A DNA stretch of 64,000 nt from Gammaproteobacteria bacterium (GTDB taxonomy: Bacteria; Pseudomonadota; Gammaproteobacteria; JAJFKG01), in NCBI GenBank assembly GCA_965116795.1, contig OZ220716.1, positions 2,090,503 to 2,154,502 on the forward strand, given 5' to 3'. Of the stretch, positions 9,436 through 19,267 are shown piece after piece. Below the pieces are notes generated by a model, which was not told the DNA's origin, did not search any database, and was given only the letters and a program-made list of their open reading frames with translations. Each line of letters starts with the position of its first letter. The first letter of the stretch is position 1. Made by a program: the position numbers and the translations under genes.

Positions 9436-10671
9436 ATGCCAACCCCAACCGAAACCGAAACTGAAACAGCGACTCCAACTGAAATCGAAGCAACCACTTC
9501 ACCGACTGAGTTAACCGCGCTTGGCAGTGACATTCGTTCACTGCGCGATACATCGCGCACCTTGGTGGATACTGTCACCCATAAAATCGATGACATCACT
9601 GCGCAGCTTGATTTGAAAAAACAAGAAATCGATAACTTCATTGCCACCTTGTGTTTAGATGATACTGTACTGGAAGTGGGTGAAGATAAAGATTACCCCA
9701 CCCCGCAAGCGGCGTGGGATTACTTGGTTGAGAAGAAATTGCGTGGCAAGATTATCATTCGCCTTTACCCAGGCGAATATGCGGTTAACAAAATTGAATT
9801 TGCTCACCAACCTGATGCGAGCCACGTACAAGTAGAAACGGTTTCTGATGTCGATGGGGAGACGGTGATCCGCTTTATCCCCGATGAGGACGGTAAATCC
9901 CATGGCTGGTTTTTCTTTAACGTGCGCCATATTCGTTTCTCTGGCAAACTTAAATTCGTTGGTCACGGTGCTGATACCCATCGGGCTGTCTATGTCGCCG
10001 AACACAGTTTTATTCTTTTTGATGAGCATACTTTAAGCATTGACAACTGCAATATTGGTGTAGAGGTATTACGCGGTGGGATTTTGTTAGCAGACTATAC
10101 CACTATGACGCAAGTAAATGGGGGCGTTTATGTCTACACGGGTGGCATTGGACTTTTGCAACACCTTTATGCGCAAGGTGTTGACCGCAAGACCTCTTCA
10201 AATGGAGCAATCTGTTTTGATGGGGGTACGTTATACACCATGAACAGCCAGGTAAAGGGCTTTAACTTAGGCTATTCAGCTCATCGTAGCAATTCCCTGG
10301 TGATAGCTAATCAATCAGCCGTAGAAGATTGTACGGTTGGGTTTGGTGCGTATGGGGGTGAGATGTTTGTACATGGTGATGGTGAAAATGACGCGACACG
10401 TGGGTTAGCTACCGACTGTGATGATGGCGTACAAGCGAATAATCGTGGACTTGTGTATTCACCCTGGTTAGCCGTACAAAACTGTAATCGCGCATTTGCG
10501 GCAGAGGACCTTTCTTATATCATGGCTGAACTCACCAAAGTCAGCAACTGCAAAGAAGGCTATGTCGCTGTGGCCAACTCAGTAATACGAGCATTTAGCA
10601 CCAGCGGTAATTTGGTCAATGTCCCCAGCCCGCATGTGACTGTTGAGGGTGGATTAGTACGCCACTCTTAA
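9436..10671 (+). CDS. Putative tail spike/fibre with right-handed parallel beta-helix (pectin-lyase-like)
   Basis: N-terminal coiled coil, then VGEDKDYPTPQAAW...IIIRLYPGEY (typical beta-helix cap), then repeated coils of the type NCNIGV, DCTVGF, NCNRAF, NCKEGY. Confidence 0.65.
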   Translation: MPTPTETETETATPTEIEATTSPTELTALGSDIRSLRDTSRTLVDTVTHKIDDITAQLDLKKQEIDNFIATLCLDDTVLEVGEDKDYPTPQAAWDYLVEKKLRGKIIIRLYPGEYAVNKIEFAHQPDASHVQVETVSDVDGETVIRFIPDEDGKSHGWFFFNVRHIRFSGKLKFVGHGADTHRAVYVAEHSFILFDEHTLSIDNCNIGVEVLRGGILLADYTTMTQVNGGVYVYTGGIGLLQHLYAQGVDRKTSSNGAICFDGGTLYTMNSQVKGFNLGYSAHRSNSLVIANQSAVEDCTVGFGAYGGEMFVHGDGENDATRGLATDCDDGVQANNRGLVYSPWLAVQNCNRAFAAEDLSYIMAELTKVSNCKEGYVAVANSVIRAFSTSGNLVNVPSPHVTVEGGLVRHS

Positions 10672-10702
10672 TCAGAGCAATCCACAAAGATGAAACAACA
10701 AC

Positions 10703-11176
10703 ATGATAACTTGGCCAGACAAACTCCCCTTCCCCACGGTTGAGGGTTACAGTATTCAACCAGGCGATGCGATTGTGCGCACCGATATGGAAGCAGGCTC
10801 TGCGCGTCAACGCCGCCGCTTCACCCAAGTTCCCAGTCGTATTCAAGTACGCTGGCTGATGTCACAAACCCAGTTTGCGATATTTGAAGCGTGGTACCGC
10901 TGGGAAGCCAAAGAAGGGGGTGCCTGGTTTGATATTACATTGCTAGGTGGTTTGGGTTTGTTATCGCAACAAGCCCGTTTTACCCAATCATTTCAAACAC
11001 AACTGGTCACCGGCACGTTATGGGAAATTCGTACCGAACTTGAAGTGCGTGAACGCCCTGTTCTTAATCCTGGCACATTACATCTGTTGTTAACCGAAGA
11101 CATGCAGGGATTGACAAATGCCATTGATGGCTTGCATCGGTTGGTGCATTACACCTTGCCAAGTTATTTTCATTAA
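10703..11176 (+). CDS. Distal tail protein (gpM/Dit-like)
   Basis: WP..LP.P...GYS..PGD..VRTDMEAG.ARQRRRFT motif. Confidence 0.75.
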   Translation: MITWPDKLPFPTVEGYSIQPGDAIVRTDMEAGSARQRRRFTQVPSRIQVRWLMSQTQFAIFEAWYRWEAKEGGAWFDITLLGGLGLLSQQARFTQSFQTQLVTGTLWEIRTELEVRERPVLNPGTLHLLLTEDMQGLTNAIDGLHRLVHYTLPSYFH

Positions 11177-11219
11177 TGGGTTGTATTTAACAATCTATCA
11201 TCAGCGTTAAGAGTAAGCT

Positions 11220-11750
11220 ATGACATTACAAAAGGATTTAGAGCAAGCGGTTGCGCAAGTCACCCAAGACAGTCAAACGCTACATGAGATTGTGCATGGG
11301 GATGAGCAAACAGTGGTAACTACTGACGGGGGTGAGGTTAACTCCCCTGCCAAAGTCATCTTTGACATGGAGCAACAGATTCAACAACAGTTATCCGACT
11401 TAAACGTGACTTTAGTGGCATTGAATGATGCCGTAGCACAAGCAGAACACTACGCAGGTGACGCCAAGCAACAAGCACAAGTTGTTGCAACCACAGTGGG
11501 CACAGTGAATCTCCCGGCAGATTTAACTGGAGGTGGGGGTCAGTTGTTAGCGGTCAACGCTAAAGAAAATGGCTATACCCTAACGCAATCCAGTAGCACC
11601 GTATATGGTTTTTCTAAAGAAGGCGCAAAGCTTAAGGTGCATATCAATGAAAAGCACTGTGATGCCAATAGTTTTTTAACCTACTGCATTGCGCCGGTAG
11701 GTATTGCAGTTGAAATAGATACACGCGGACATCTATTAATAACCTGCTAG
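11220..11750 (+). CDS. Tail fibre adaptor/anchor-like protein
   Basis: LHEIVHGD motif, coiled coil, LP....GGGQLLAVN..ENGY fibre motif. Directly upstream of the RCC1 protein. Confidence 0.55.
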   Translation: MTLQKDLEQAVAQVTQDSQTLHEIVHGDEQTVVTTDGGEVNSPAKVIFDMEQQIQQQLSDLNVTLVALNDAVAQAEHYAGDAKQQAQVVATTVGTVNLPADLTGGGGQLLAVNAKENGYTLTQSSSTVYGFSKEGAKLKVHINEKHCDANSFLTYCIAPVGIAVEIDTRGHLLITC

Positions 11751-11778
11751 TGAGCAAACCAGTTAACATGAGGTCAGC

Positions 11779-13443
11779 ATGACAATTTTAGATTTAGGCA
11801 ACATCCGCATGAATTGGTGCGGCGCGTATGACAATGATACCGCTTACGTGCGTGATGATGTGGTTTCTTATCATGGCTCAAGCTTTATTGCTAAGCGCGA
11901 TGTGGTTGAGGTTACTCCTACTGTTGGCGATGACTGGGATATGTTAGCCGCTGGCACGCATCAACTGATTGAACAAGGTGACTTGTTAACGCACGATGGC
12001 AATGCCACGATACGCTTACCCTGTGGAAACCCAGGCCAAGTATTACAAGCTGGTGATAACCAGCAACCACAATGGCGTGATGTAGGATTGCATCCTTCAC
12101 AAGCGGTGTGGCAATTGGCACAGGTTAATGGTTTAGGCGGTTGGTATACTCGTGTCTATCTCATGCGTGATGGATTGATTAAAGCCTGTGGCTTAGGCAA
12201 TAATTACAGCAATGGAGACCCTAATGCTAGCCATACTTACTTGCCGAGTCGGGTAGCGGCTTTAAATAATGAGGTGCGTTTTGTAAACGTTTTCTCTGGC
12301 GGTCAGCAACATTATGCATTAACACAAGAAGGCGACGTATGGGCATGGGGATTTAATAACTATGGTCAGTTGGGGCATGGTGATACGTTGCATCGCAGTA
12401 TGATGCGACGCATTGATTTTTTCTTCAACAATGACATCAAAATTAAACACATTGTCACCGGTCGACCCAATCACTTTGATTACGGATGTGCATTTTTCTT
12501 AACAACCGACGGTGACGTTTATGCGTGTGGTTATAATGGTCAAGGGTCATTAGGTAATGGCACCACTGCCAACCAATACACGCCGGTACGTTGTGGGGCA
12601 TTAACTAACATCGTGAGCTTATCAGTATCAGGCTTACCCTACAGTGTGTATGCGGTTGATGAAGACAAGCAACTGTGGGTATGGGGGTGGAATGCCAATG
12701 GTCAGTTAGGATTGGGCGATACCACCGAGCGTCACAGCCCTATTTTGCATCCCACCTTACGTAACGTCGCCAAAGCGGTGATTACCTGTGGTTATCAGAC
12801 AGATGGTAAAAATCCTACGGGTAATGGATTAGTGTTATTAGCTGATGGCACCCTGTGGTCAACCGGTTACAACGGCTATGGTCAGTTAGGGCATGGGGAT
12901 ACAACGACGCGTAATAGCTTCGCTCAAATCCAACATGCGTCAACGTTCGCGGATATTGTTACAGGTGATGGACGTTACCCAAGTTCTGCTGCTATCACTG
13001 ATAAGCGTGAATTATATCTGTGGGGATACAATAACTACGGACAATTAGGCACAGGCAATACGTCGCATCAACATTCGCCGACTAAACCGAGTAGCGATTT
13101 CCAAGGGAGTGTAGATAAAGTGTGTTTTGGCGGTGGTGCCAGTTATGAAGGTTGCATTGTTCAAAGTGGCAATGCGTTATGGGCCGCTGGTTACAGTGAG
13201 CGCGGTAATCTTGGGACAAGCTCAAAGTCTGGCACCAACAATCAATTCAAACACGTATTAGGTCAATCCGGCGAGATTGAAGACTGGGCGTGCTTCGGTC
13301 AAGGCCAGACAGATTGGGGGTTAGGAGTGCTCTACACTGATGGACGTGTGGATGCATGCGGGCACAATACGAGTTACGGTGCAACCGGCACGCAAAGTGA
13401 CAACTTGCACAATGTGTTGGTACTTAAGAACGTAATTTTTTAG
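11779..13443 (+). CDS. RCC1-repeat tail protein with N-terminal CBM5/12-like module
   Basis: Repeated W.WG.N.YGQLG.GDT motifs (RCC1 blades). N-terminus W.GAYD..TAY..DDVVSY.GSSFIA. Confidence 0.8.
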   Translation: MTILDLGNIRMNWCGAYDNDTAYVRDDVVSYHGSSFIAKRDVVEVTPTVGDDWDMLAAGTHQLIEQGDLLTHDGNATIRLPCGNPGQVLQAGDNQQPQWRDVGLHPSQAVWQLAQVNGLGGWYTRVYLMRDGLIKACGLGNNYSNGDPNASHTYLPSRVAALNNEVRFVNVFSGGQQHYALTQEGDVWAWGFNNYGQLGHGDTLHRSMMRRIDFFFNNDIKIKHIVTGRPNHFDYGCAFFLTTDGDVYACGYNGQGSLGNGTTANQYTPVRCGALTNIVSLSVSGLPYSVYAVDEDKQLWVWGWNANGQLGLGDTTERHSPILHPTLRNVAKAVITCGYQTDGKNPTGNGLVLLADGTLWSTGYNGYGQLGHGDTTTRNSFAQIQHASTFADIVTGDGRYPSSAAITDKRELYLWGYNNYGQLGTGNTSHQHSPTKPSSDFQGSVDKVCFGGGASYEGCIVQSGNALWAAGYSERGNLGTSSKSGTNNQFKHVLGQSGEIEDWACFGQGQTDWGLGVLYTDGRVDACGHNTSYGATGTQSDNLHNVLVLKNVIF

Positions 13444-13448
13444 AAAGG

Positions 13449-13955
13449 ATGAATGAAACCATGACAGGTAGAATTAAATCGTATTTACACAATCGGCAAC
13501 CGCAATTTACAGAAAGCACGGTGCCACCGATTTGTTTAGGCGACATCAATGGACGAGTATATTATGCGTTTTCTCATGGAGCAAAAATACCATCAGGTGG
13601 CAAAACCGTAACAAAGAATGAGCATCACGCTCTGCAAGAAAATAGCATGCTTATCAAACAAGTCAAAGCCGAAGCGATGCGACGCATCTTAAACGTTGCG
13701 CCGTACTGGAAACAAAATAATGCGTTAGCGGATTTATGTGTATTGAATAACAAAACTGATTTAACCGATGAAGAAACATTACGTTTGGGCAATGCTAAAC
13801 AATTGTGGGCAACGATTCAGTATTTACGTAAACGCTCTGATGACATTGAGGCAGCCTTATTACAAGGAGACGCTATCGATTATATGCAGGATTCAGCTTG
13901 GGAAGAACAAACGCAAGAGAAAGCAGAAGCACAACAAACCCAAGCGACAACGTAA
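13449..13955 (+). CDS. Putative tail fibre chaperone / hypothetical protein
   Basis: Follows the fibre gene. AMRRIL..AP.WKQ.N motif and a C-terminal D.AW. Confidence 0.5.
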   Translation: MNETMTGRIKSYLHNRQPQFTESTVPPICLGDINGRVYYAFSHGAKIPSGGKTVTKNEHHALQENSMLIKQVKAEAMRRILNVAPYWKQNNALADLCVLNNKTDLTDEETLRLGNAKQLWATIQYLRKRSDDIEAALLQGDAIDYMQDSAWEEQTQEKAEAQQTQATT

Positions 13956-13957
13956 GT

Positions 13958-14500
13958 ATGCCAGACCCAACCCTCAGTCAAGCTATCCAAGAAGCCTATG
14001 CCTCATCGCCTAGCGATGTGGTGATACTCCATACATTAGAATTGCGTCATCCCAAATTTGTCGATGATGAGGGTAACGTCATGGCAGTGAGGTTGGTAAG
14101 AGATTATCAAAACCTGCAAGCGACGCTTGAAGAGACTGCACCGCTCAATGCCAATGAAACCGTGACATTCATTGCGATGAGCTTTGAGTTGAGTTTGCCA
14201 ACAGTGGATACCGCACCGGTGCCCGAGATTACCGTGACGATTGACAACGTTAGTGGCGAGCTAATGAAACACCTGGATGCGGCTGTTGATAGTGGCGATA
14301 AAATTGAAGTGACATATCGCCCTTATCTAAGTAACGATACATCGACTCCACACATGGTGCCACCAATAACACTGGTGCTAAGTGATGTCGAAGCCGATGT
14401 CATGCGTATTGTGGGACGTGCCAGAATGCTCGATATTGGTAATAAGCGATTTCCAGCTAAATGCTATACGTTAAGACAGTTTCCTGGTTTGGCACGTTAA
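13958..14500 (+). CDS. DUF1833-like tail tip protein (gpL position)
   Basis: ATG 13958. EAYAS.P.DVVILHTLELRHP...YRPYLS...FPGL. Confidence 0.75.
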   Translation: MPDPTLSQAIQEAYASSPSDVVILHTLELRHPKFVDDEGNVMAVRLVRDYQNLQATLEETAPLNANETVTFIAMSFELSLPTVDTAPVPEITVTIDNVSGELMKHLDAAVDSGDKIEVTYRPYLSNDTSTPHMVPPITLVLSDVEADVMRIVGRARMLDIGNKRFPAKCYTLRQFPGLAR

Positions 14501-14545
14501 TAAAGGCATGTGTTAACTGTGTAACATGCTTGAACTTATGCAACA

Positions 14546-14962
14546 TCAAAAGGCTGGCTTAAGATTAACAGGTTCTAATAGTGCAATTATTTCAAAAAAA
14601 TCGTTTTCTTTGGCAATATCTAGTGCGGTATGGTCTTTGTTGTTTTGTGTATCGACTGCGCCGTAATTTAACAGCGCTTCTACAATATCTTTATTGTTAA
14701 GTTCTACAGCAATATGCAGAGGCGTATCACCTTCATTCGTAACACAGTTTACACTGGCTTTTCCCTTATCAACTAAAAACTGTATCATTTCGAGATTACC
14801 GTTAGATGTAGCATGATGCATTGCTGCCCAACCTTCTTCTGAATCGACAAGCTCAACGTAATAGTCGAAATCATCTTCCTCTATTTCCGCCGATAACTCT
14901 TTTAATTTTTCTAAATCATTATCCATTGCTGCATCTAGTATAGAGTGGGGGCCAAATGCCAT
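14546..14962 (-). CDS. Ankyrin-repeat protein, moron
   Basis: GWAAMHHATSNGNLEMIQFLV, GDTPLHIAVELNNKDIVEALL, HTALDIA. RBS AGGAG. Antisense to the tail operon. Confidence 0.9.
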   Translation of the reverse strand: MAFGPHSILDAAMDNDLEKLKELSAEIEEDDFDYYVELVDSEEGWAAMHHATSNGNLEMIQFLVDKGKASVNCVTNEGDTPLHIAVELNNKDIVEALLNYGAVDTQNNKDHTALDIAKENDFFEIIALLEPVNLKPAF

Positions 14963-15098
14963 GATATTTTCTCCTGTTATAAATAAAACAATTACTTAGG
15001 AATAAACGGATAGCAACTCAAACTGATTAGCAGATATTATAGACTATCCTAAATTCATAGCAATCGACAAATAAGGATGGCCACAAAATAGGGGCTTT

Positions 15099-15515
15099 AT
15101 GATGCATTGGGCTTGTGATTACATTGGTCTACCCTGGCAATCAGGCGGCAGAGATAAAGCAGGATTTGATTGCTGGGGATTGGTGAAGCACATACAACAA
15201 TACCACTTCAATCGACTACTATCTGATATTCCAGTCGATGCAAATAATTTAACAAGTGTTGCTAAAGCGTTTAAACAACATCCTGAGAAGCAACGCTGGC
15301 AATTAACTGACAATCCAGTTGAGGGTGATGCGGTATTATTATGTCAATCACGTTATCCGATTCATGTTGGGATATGGATTGCCATCAATGCGACTGAACA
15401 AGGCGTACTGCATTGTGTACAAAACAGTGGCGTGGTGTTTCAAACCATTAACAGTTTGCACGTATCGGGTTGGCACATTGAGGGTGTTTATAAATTTCAA
15501 GGGAATTCACTGTAA
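15099..15515 (+). CDS. NlpC/P60 tail assembly protein (gpK-like)
   Basis: YIGLPW..GGRD..GFDCWGL and HVGIW...VLH. Confidence 0.85.
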   Translation: MMHWACDYIGLPWQSGGRDKAGFDCWGLVKHIQQYHFNRLLSDIPVDANNLTSVAKAFKQHPEKQRWQLTDNPVEGDAVLLCQSRYPIHVGIWIAINATEQGVLHCVQNSGVVFQTINSLHVSGWHIEGVYKFQGNSL

Positions 15516-17776
15516 TGGCGCACATTGTTATTCTGCATAACCCTTTTTTGTGTGAGCGTTGGCGAGAGCTGATTACTGTTGATCATCCCATCCCCATTGC
15601 AATGTGGTTAACGCGAACCAATGTTGTTACATTTGAATTGCCGACAATTTGTTTAGTCAATGGCAATCCATTGTTACGTCAAGATTGGCAAACGACAATG
15701 ATACAGGCCAATGATGTTGTGACTTTCATCACGCTGCCACAAGGGGGCGGTGGTGGTGGCAGTAAAATCTTGCGCTCTGTATTAATGATTGCGGTAATGG
15801 TAGCCGCCCCTGCGATTGGAGGTGCTGTTGCCGCAGGACTTGGCATTACCAGTAGCATTGGTGTTGGCTTAGTTACCGCCGGTGTAGCATTAGCCGGTAC
15901 CGCATTAGTTAATGTATTAGTGCCACCCCCAATGGCCTCTATTCATGGCTTTGATAATACCCCGGCACCGAGTCCTACGTATTCATTGCAAGCCAGGGGC
16001 AATCAGGCAAGATTAAGTCAACCGATTCCGGTGATTTACGGCAGGCACATTGTGTATCCTGATTTGGCCAGTACGCCCTACTCTCATTATGCCAACAATG
16101 AACAATACCTCTATCAATTACATTGCATTGGCCAAGGCGAGTATGACATCGAGTCCATTCGTATTGAAGATACACCGATTAGTTCCTTTCAGGAAATTAC
16201 TTATGAAGTAGTGCCACCTGGTGGCAATGTGACGTTGTTTTCGGCGAATGTGATTACCGCAGCGGAAGTCGCGGGGCAAGAGTTATTATCAACAGGTGAT
16301 GGCGGTGGTTATGTTGGTGGCTTTGTGGTGAATCCGGCTGATACGGTTGCAACGCAATTGAGCATCGATATTATCATGCCGCGAGGGTTGTATTATGCAA
16401 ATGATGGTGGTGGTTTAGATGCACGCACCATAACGTGGATAGTTGAGGCAAGACAAATTAATGATGAGGGTAGCCCACTACATGATTGGCAGCGCTTAGG
16501 TAGTGAAACCATGACGGCAGCGACTAATACACTACAACGGTTAACTTATCATTACACGGTTGCACCAGGGCGTTATGAAGTAAGAGCGCTTAGAACGAAT
16601 AATAAAGATACATCCGCGCGTAGCGGTAATGAATTACGTTGGGCAGGATTAAAGGCAACGCTCAATCAACGTGCTGATATGGGTAATGTAACCTTGCTGG
16701 CCATTAAAATGCGTGCCACGGATAATTTATCACAGCGTGCATCACGGTTAGTTAATTGCATTGTTACACGTAAACTGCCAATGTGGAGTAAGCAAACGGG
16801 TTGGAGTGCACCGAAAGCCACACGCTCTATTGCTTGGGCGTTAGCGGATATTGCCAGCAGTGAATACGGCGGTAATTTACCGGACAGTCGTATTGATTTG
16901 GGAGCGTTAGCAAATTTAGATGCAACATGGCATGCACGTGGTGACTGTTTTGATGCGGTGTTCGACCAACCGATTACAGTGTGGGAAGCGTTAACACGGG
17001 TGGCACGGTGTGGGCGTGCAGTGTGTTTTATGCAGACGGGGATTGTGCGGTTCGTTAGAGATGAGCCAAGAGAAATTCCAGTCGCCCTCTTCTCACCACG
17101 CAATATTGTTAAACACAGTTTAAAACTGCATTATCTATTAGCTAGTGATGATACTGCCGACAGTGTGATTGTCGAATACTTTTGTAACCAAACTTGGCGA
17201 CCGGATGAAGTTGAAGTCAGTTTACCCAATAGCACCAGTGAACAACCGGCACGCGTCAGATTGTTTGGTTGCACCGATAAACAACAGGCCATACGTGAAG
17301 GTAAGTATATGGCAGCGACGAATCACTATCGTAGACGGCTCGTTACCTTTCAGACGGAATTAGAAGGATTAATCCCAACGTATGGCGATTTGATTGCGAT
17401 TACGCACGATATGCCATCTTGGGGGCAAGGTGCTGAAGTTGTTAGTGTTGAAGGTAACATACTTACGTTATCGGAGCTATTAACGTGGGATGAAGATAAA
17501 CTTAACGAACATGTCATTGGCCTGCGCAAGCAAGATGGCAGTGTCAGTGGAACATATCCAGTGTTGCCTGGTAATAACGCTAATCAAGCCATCATTCAAG
17601 GTAACTTTGATTTCAAACCCTACACCGGTGAATCGCAAGAGCGCACGCATGTCGCCTTTGGTGTTGGCAATGAGTGGAGCACGTTAGCTCGCGTTACCGC
17701 TGTGCGTCCCAGAGGTGATGTGATTGAAATCAGCGCTGTTACCGAACACCCAGCGGTGCATACGGCTGACGCATAA
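15515..17776 (+). CDS. Fused gpI/gpJ-like central tail tip (host specificity) protein
   Basis: PQGGGGG hinge, hydrophobic segment, SPTYSL..RGNQARL..PIPVIYGRH, RSIAWALAD. Ends without FnIII or receptor-binding extension. Confidence 0.85.
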   Translation: MAHIVILHNPFLCERWRELITVDHPIPIAMWLTRTNVVTFELPTICLVNGNPLLRQDWQTTMIQANDVVTFITLPQGGGGGGSKILRSVLMIAVMVAAPAIGGAVAAGLGITSSIGVGLVTAGVALAGTALVNVLVPPPMASIHGFDNTPAPSPTYSLQARGNQARLSQPIPVIYGRHIVYPDLASTPYSHYANNEQYLYQLHCIGQGEYDIESIRIEDTPISSFQEITYEVVPPGGNVTLFSANVITAAEVAGQELLSTGDGGGYVGGFVVNPADTVATQLSIDIIMPRGLYYANDGGGLDARTITWIVEARQINDEGSPLHDWQRLGSETMTAATNTLQRLTYHYTVAPGRYEVRALRTNNKDTSARSGNELRWAGLKATLNQRADMGNVTLLAIKMRATDNLSQRASRLVNCIVTRKLPMWSKQTGWSAPKATRSIAWALADIASSEYGGNLPDSRIDLGALANLDATWHARGDCFDAVFDQPITVWEALTRVARCGRAVCFMQTGIVRFVRDEPREIPVALFSPRNIVKHSLKLHYLLASDDTADSVIVEYFCNQTWRPDEVEVSLPNSTSEQPARVRLFGCTDKQQAIREGKYMAATNHYRRRLVTFQTELEGLIPTYGDLIAITHDMPSWGQGAEVVSVEGNILTLSELLTWDEDKLNEHVIGLRKQDGSVSGTYPVLPGNNANQAIIQGNFDFKPYTGESQERTHVAFGVGNEWSTLARVTAVRPRGDVIEISAVTEHPAVHTADA

Positions 17777-17839
17777 CATTTAATTCATTTATTTTTTTCA
17801 ATCCAATTTTATTTAACTTTGTAACAGAGGGAAATCACT

Positions 17840-18142
17840 ATGGAAATCAAAAAAACCAAATCATCTCAAGATGGCATCAAATTAACACAAGCTGAACTTG
17901 ACGACTTAATTGAACAAGCGTCAACACGCGGTGCACGCAAAGCACTCATTGAAATGGGCTTGATGGATGATACAGTCAATGACTTGCGTACCTTGCGTGG
18001 ACTAGCAAAAACCCTCAAGACAATGCAACACACGTTTGTGCAAACGATGGTGCGCTGGTTAACAATTGGGATGTTGGTGCTCTTCTTTGCGGGGATTTCA
18101 GGGAAGCTGGATTCACTTTTTCATTTAAACAATGGCAAATAA
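17840..18142 (+). CDS. Small membrane protein (DUF6127-like), lysis region
   Basis: GARKAL..MGL...DLRTLRGL plus one C-terminal TM helix. Confidence 0.55.
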   Translation: MEIKKTKSSQDGIKLTQAELDDLIEQASTRGARKALIEMGLMDDTVNDLRTLRGLAKTLKTMQHTFVQTMVRWLTIGMLVLFFAGISGKLDSLFHLNNGK

Positions 18143-18157
18143 ACAAGGAATAAAATA

Positions 18158-18619
18158 ATGGTAACCTTACTGGCCACATTTGTTGGTTTTGTCTCTTCAG
18201 CTTTTCCAGATGTTTTAAAGCTTGTTAGGGACAGAGCGGATAGGAAACACGAGCTTGCCATTCTTGATAGGCAGCTTGAAGCCCAACGCGAAGGTCATGC
18301 TCAGCGGTTAGAGGAAATTCAAATCCAAGCAGACATGACTGAGAGCAAAGCGCTATATCAACATGCAAGTCTCCCCAGTCATGTAAAGTGGGTCGAAGCC
18401 TTACGTGCATCAGTCAGGCCAGTAATTACGTATGCATTCTTTGCTTTATTTGTGTTTGTTAAAGTGATGACATTAATCACAGTATTGCAACAAGGCTTCA
18501 CCATAGTAGATAGCGTGCTTACCATTTGGGATGACGAAACGCAAGCGTTATTTGCGGCTGTAATGGCCTTCTGGTTCGGCAGTCGCAGCGTCACAAAATC
18601 CCGTCAATTACATCAGTGA
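18158..18619 (+). CDS. Holin-like membrane protein
   Basis: LRASVRPVITY and FWFGSR motifs, multiple TM helices, upstream of the lysozyme. Confidence 0.65.
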   Translation: MVTLLATFVGFVSSAFPDVLKLVRDRADRKHELAILDRQLEAQREGHAQRLEEIQIQADMTESKALYQHASLPSHVKWVEALRASVRPVITYAFFALFVFVKVMTLITVLQQGFTIVDSVLTIWDDETQALFAAVMAFWFGSRSVTKSRQLHQ

Positions 18620-18712
18620 TGACTGCTTCAATAAATAGGCATAATTTACTGGATATGTCTTCGATAAAGAGCGTTAATTACAACGTAACGTTAACTTAAC
18701 TGGAGAAAAATC

Positions 18713-19024
18713 ATGAGCGCATTAATTGAAAGACTGTTTTACAAACCGCTTATTTGGGATGTAAAAAATACCCATTGCACTAAACAAGAAGAAGACGCAT
18801 TGTTAGACATTTTTGAAAAAGCCATGCAACGCGCCGCACTGATACCTGCCAGTCAACTGTGCTTTGAGTTAACGCGCATTGCACCTAAGCAAACAGCATT
18901 GCACCCTTTTGTTCTAACGATGCACTGCGACAAGGTATGCGGACAAGTGCAATGGCAGGGGGTGTTTGAAAATGCAGATAACAGCAAAACATTGGAAGTA
19001 CTAGGCGCTTTAGAAAAAGAGTAA
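18713..19024 (+). CDS. Hypothetical protein, paralog A
   Basis: GGAG RBS. Aligns end to end with 19382..19681. Confidence 0.7.
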   Translation: MSALIERLFYKPLIWDVKNTHCTKQEEDALLDIFEKAMQRAALIPASQLCFELTRIAPKQTALHPFVLTMHCDKVCGQVQWQGVFENADNSKTLEVLGALEKE

Positions 19025-19267
19025 CCTGCCCTTTACACCCAGCCACAGGCGCCAACGTTTGGTGTCTGTGGCCCTCATTGAATTAAACCAACGCTTTTTA
19101 CCTTAATAAATTTCTCTAATTGCCAGCATCGAATTGAACGAACGCCTACCCCCTGATTTTGGCAACACGCGCTCACTGTTGGCGTGTGCGGCTCTTTTTT
19201 CGATTATACCCACAACTATCCCTACCTATTTTTATTCCCCACAAACGCCACTGTGTTGGCTGTGTTG
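19025..19267 (+). repeat. Three degenerate CCTRCC + hairpin units
   Basis: Hairpins at 19042-19072, about 19161-19193 (followed by a T-run) and about 19239-19267. Each is preceded by CCTGCC or CCTACC. Confidence 0.45.

Noticed and set aside
9436-13443. Diversity-generating retroelement or invertible tail-fibre switch
   Set aside because: No reverse transcriptase, invertase, TR/VR pair or inverted crossover sites are visible.
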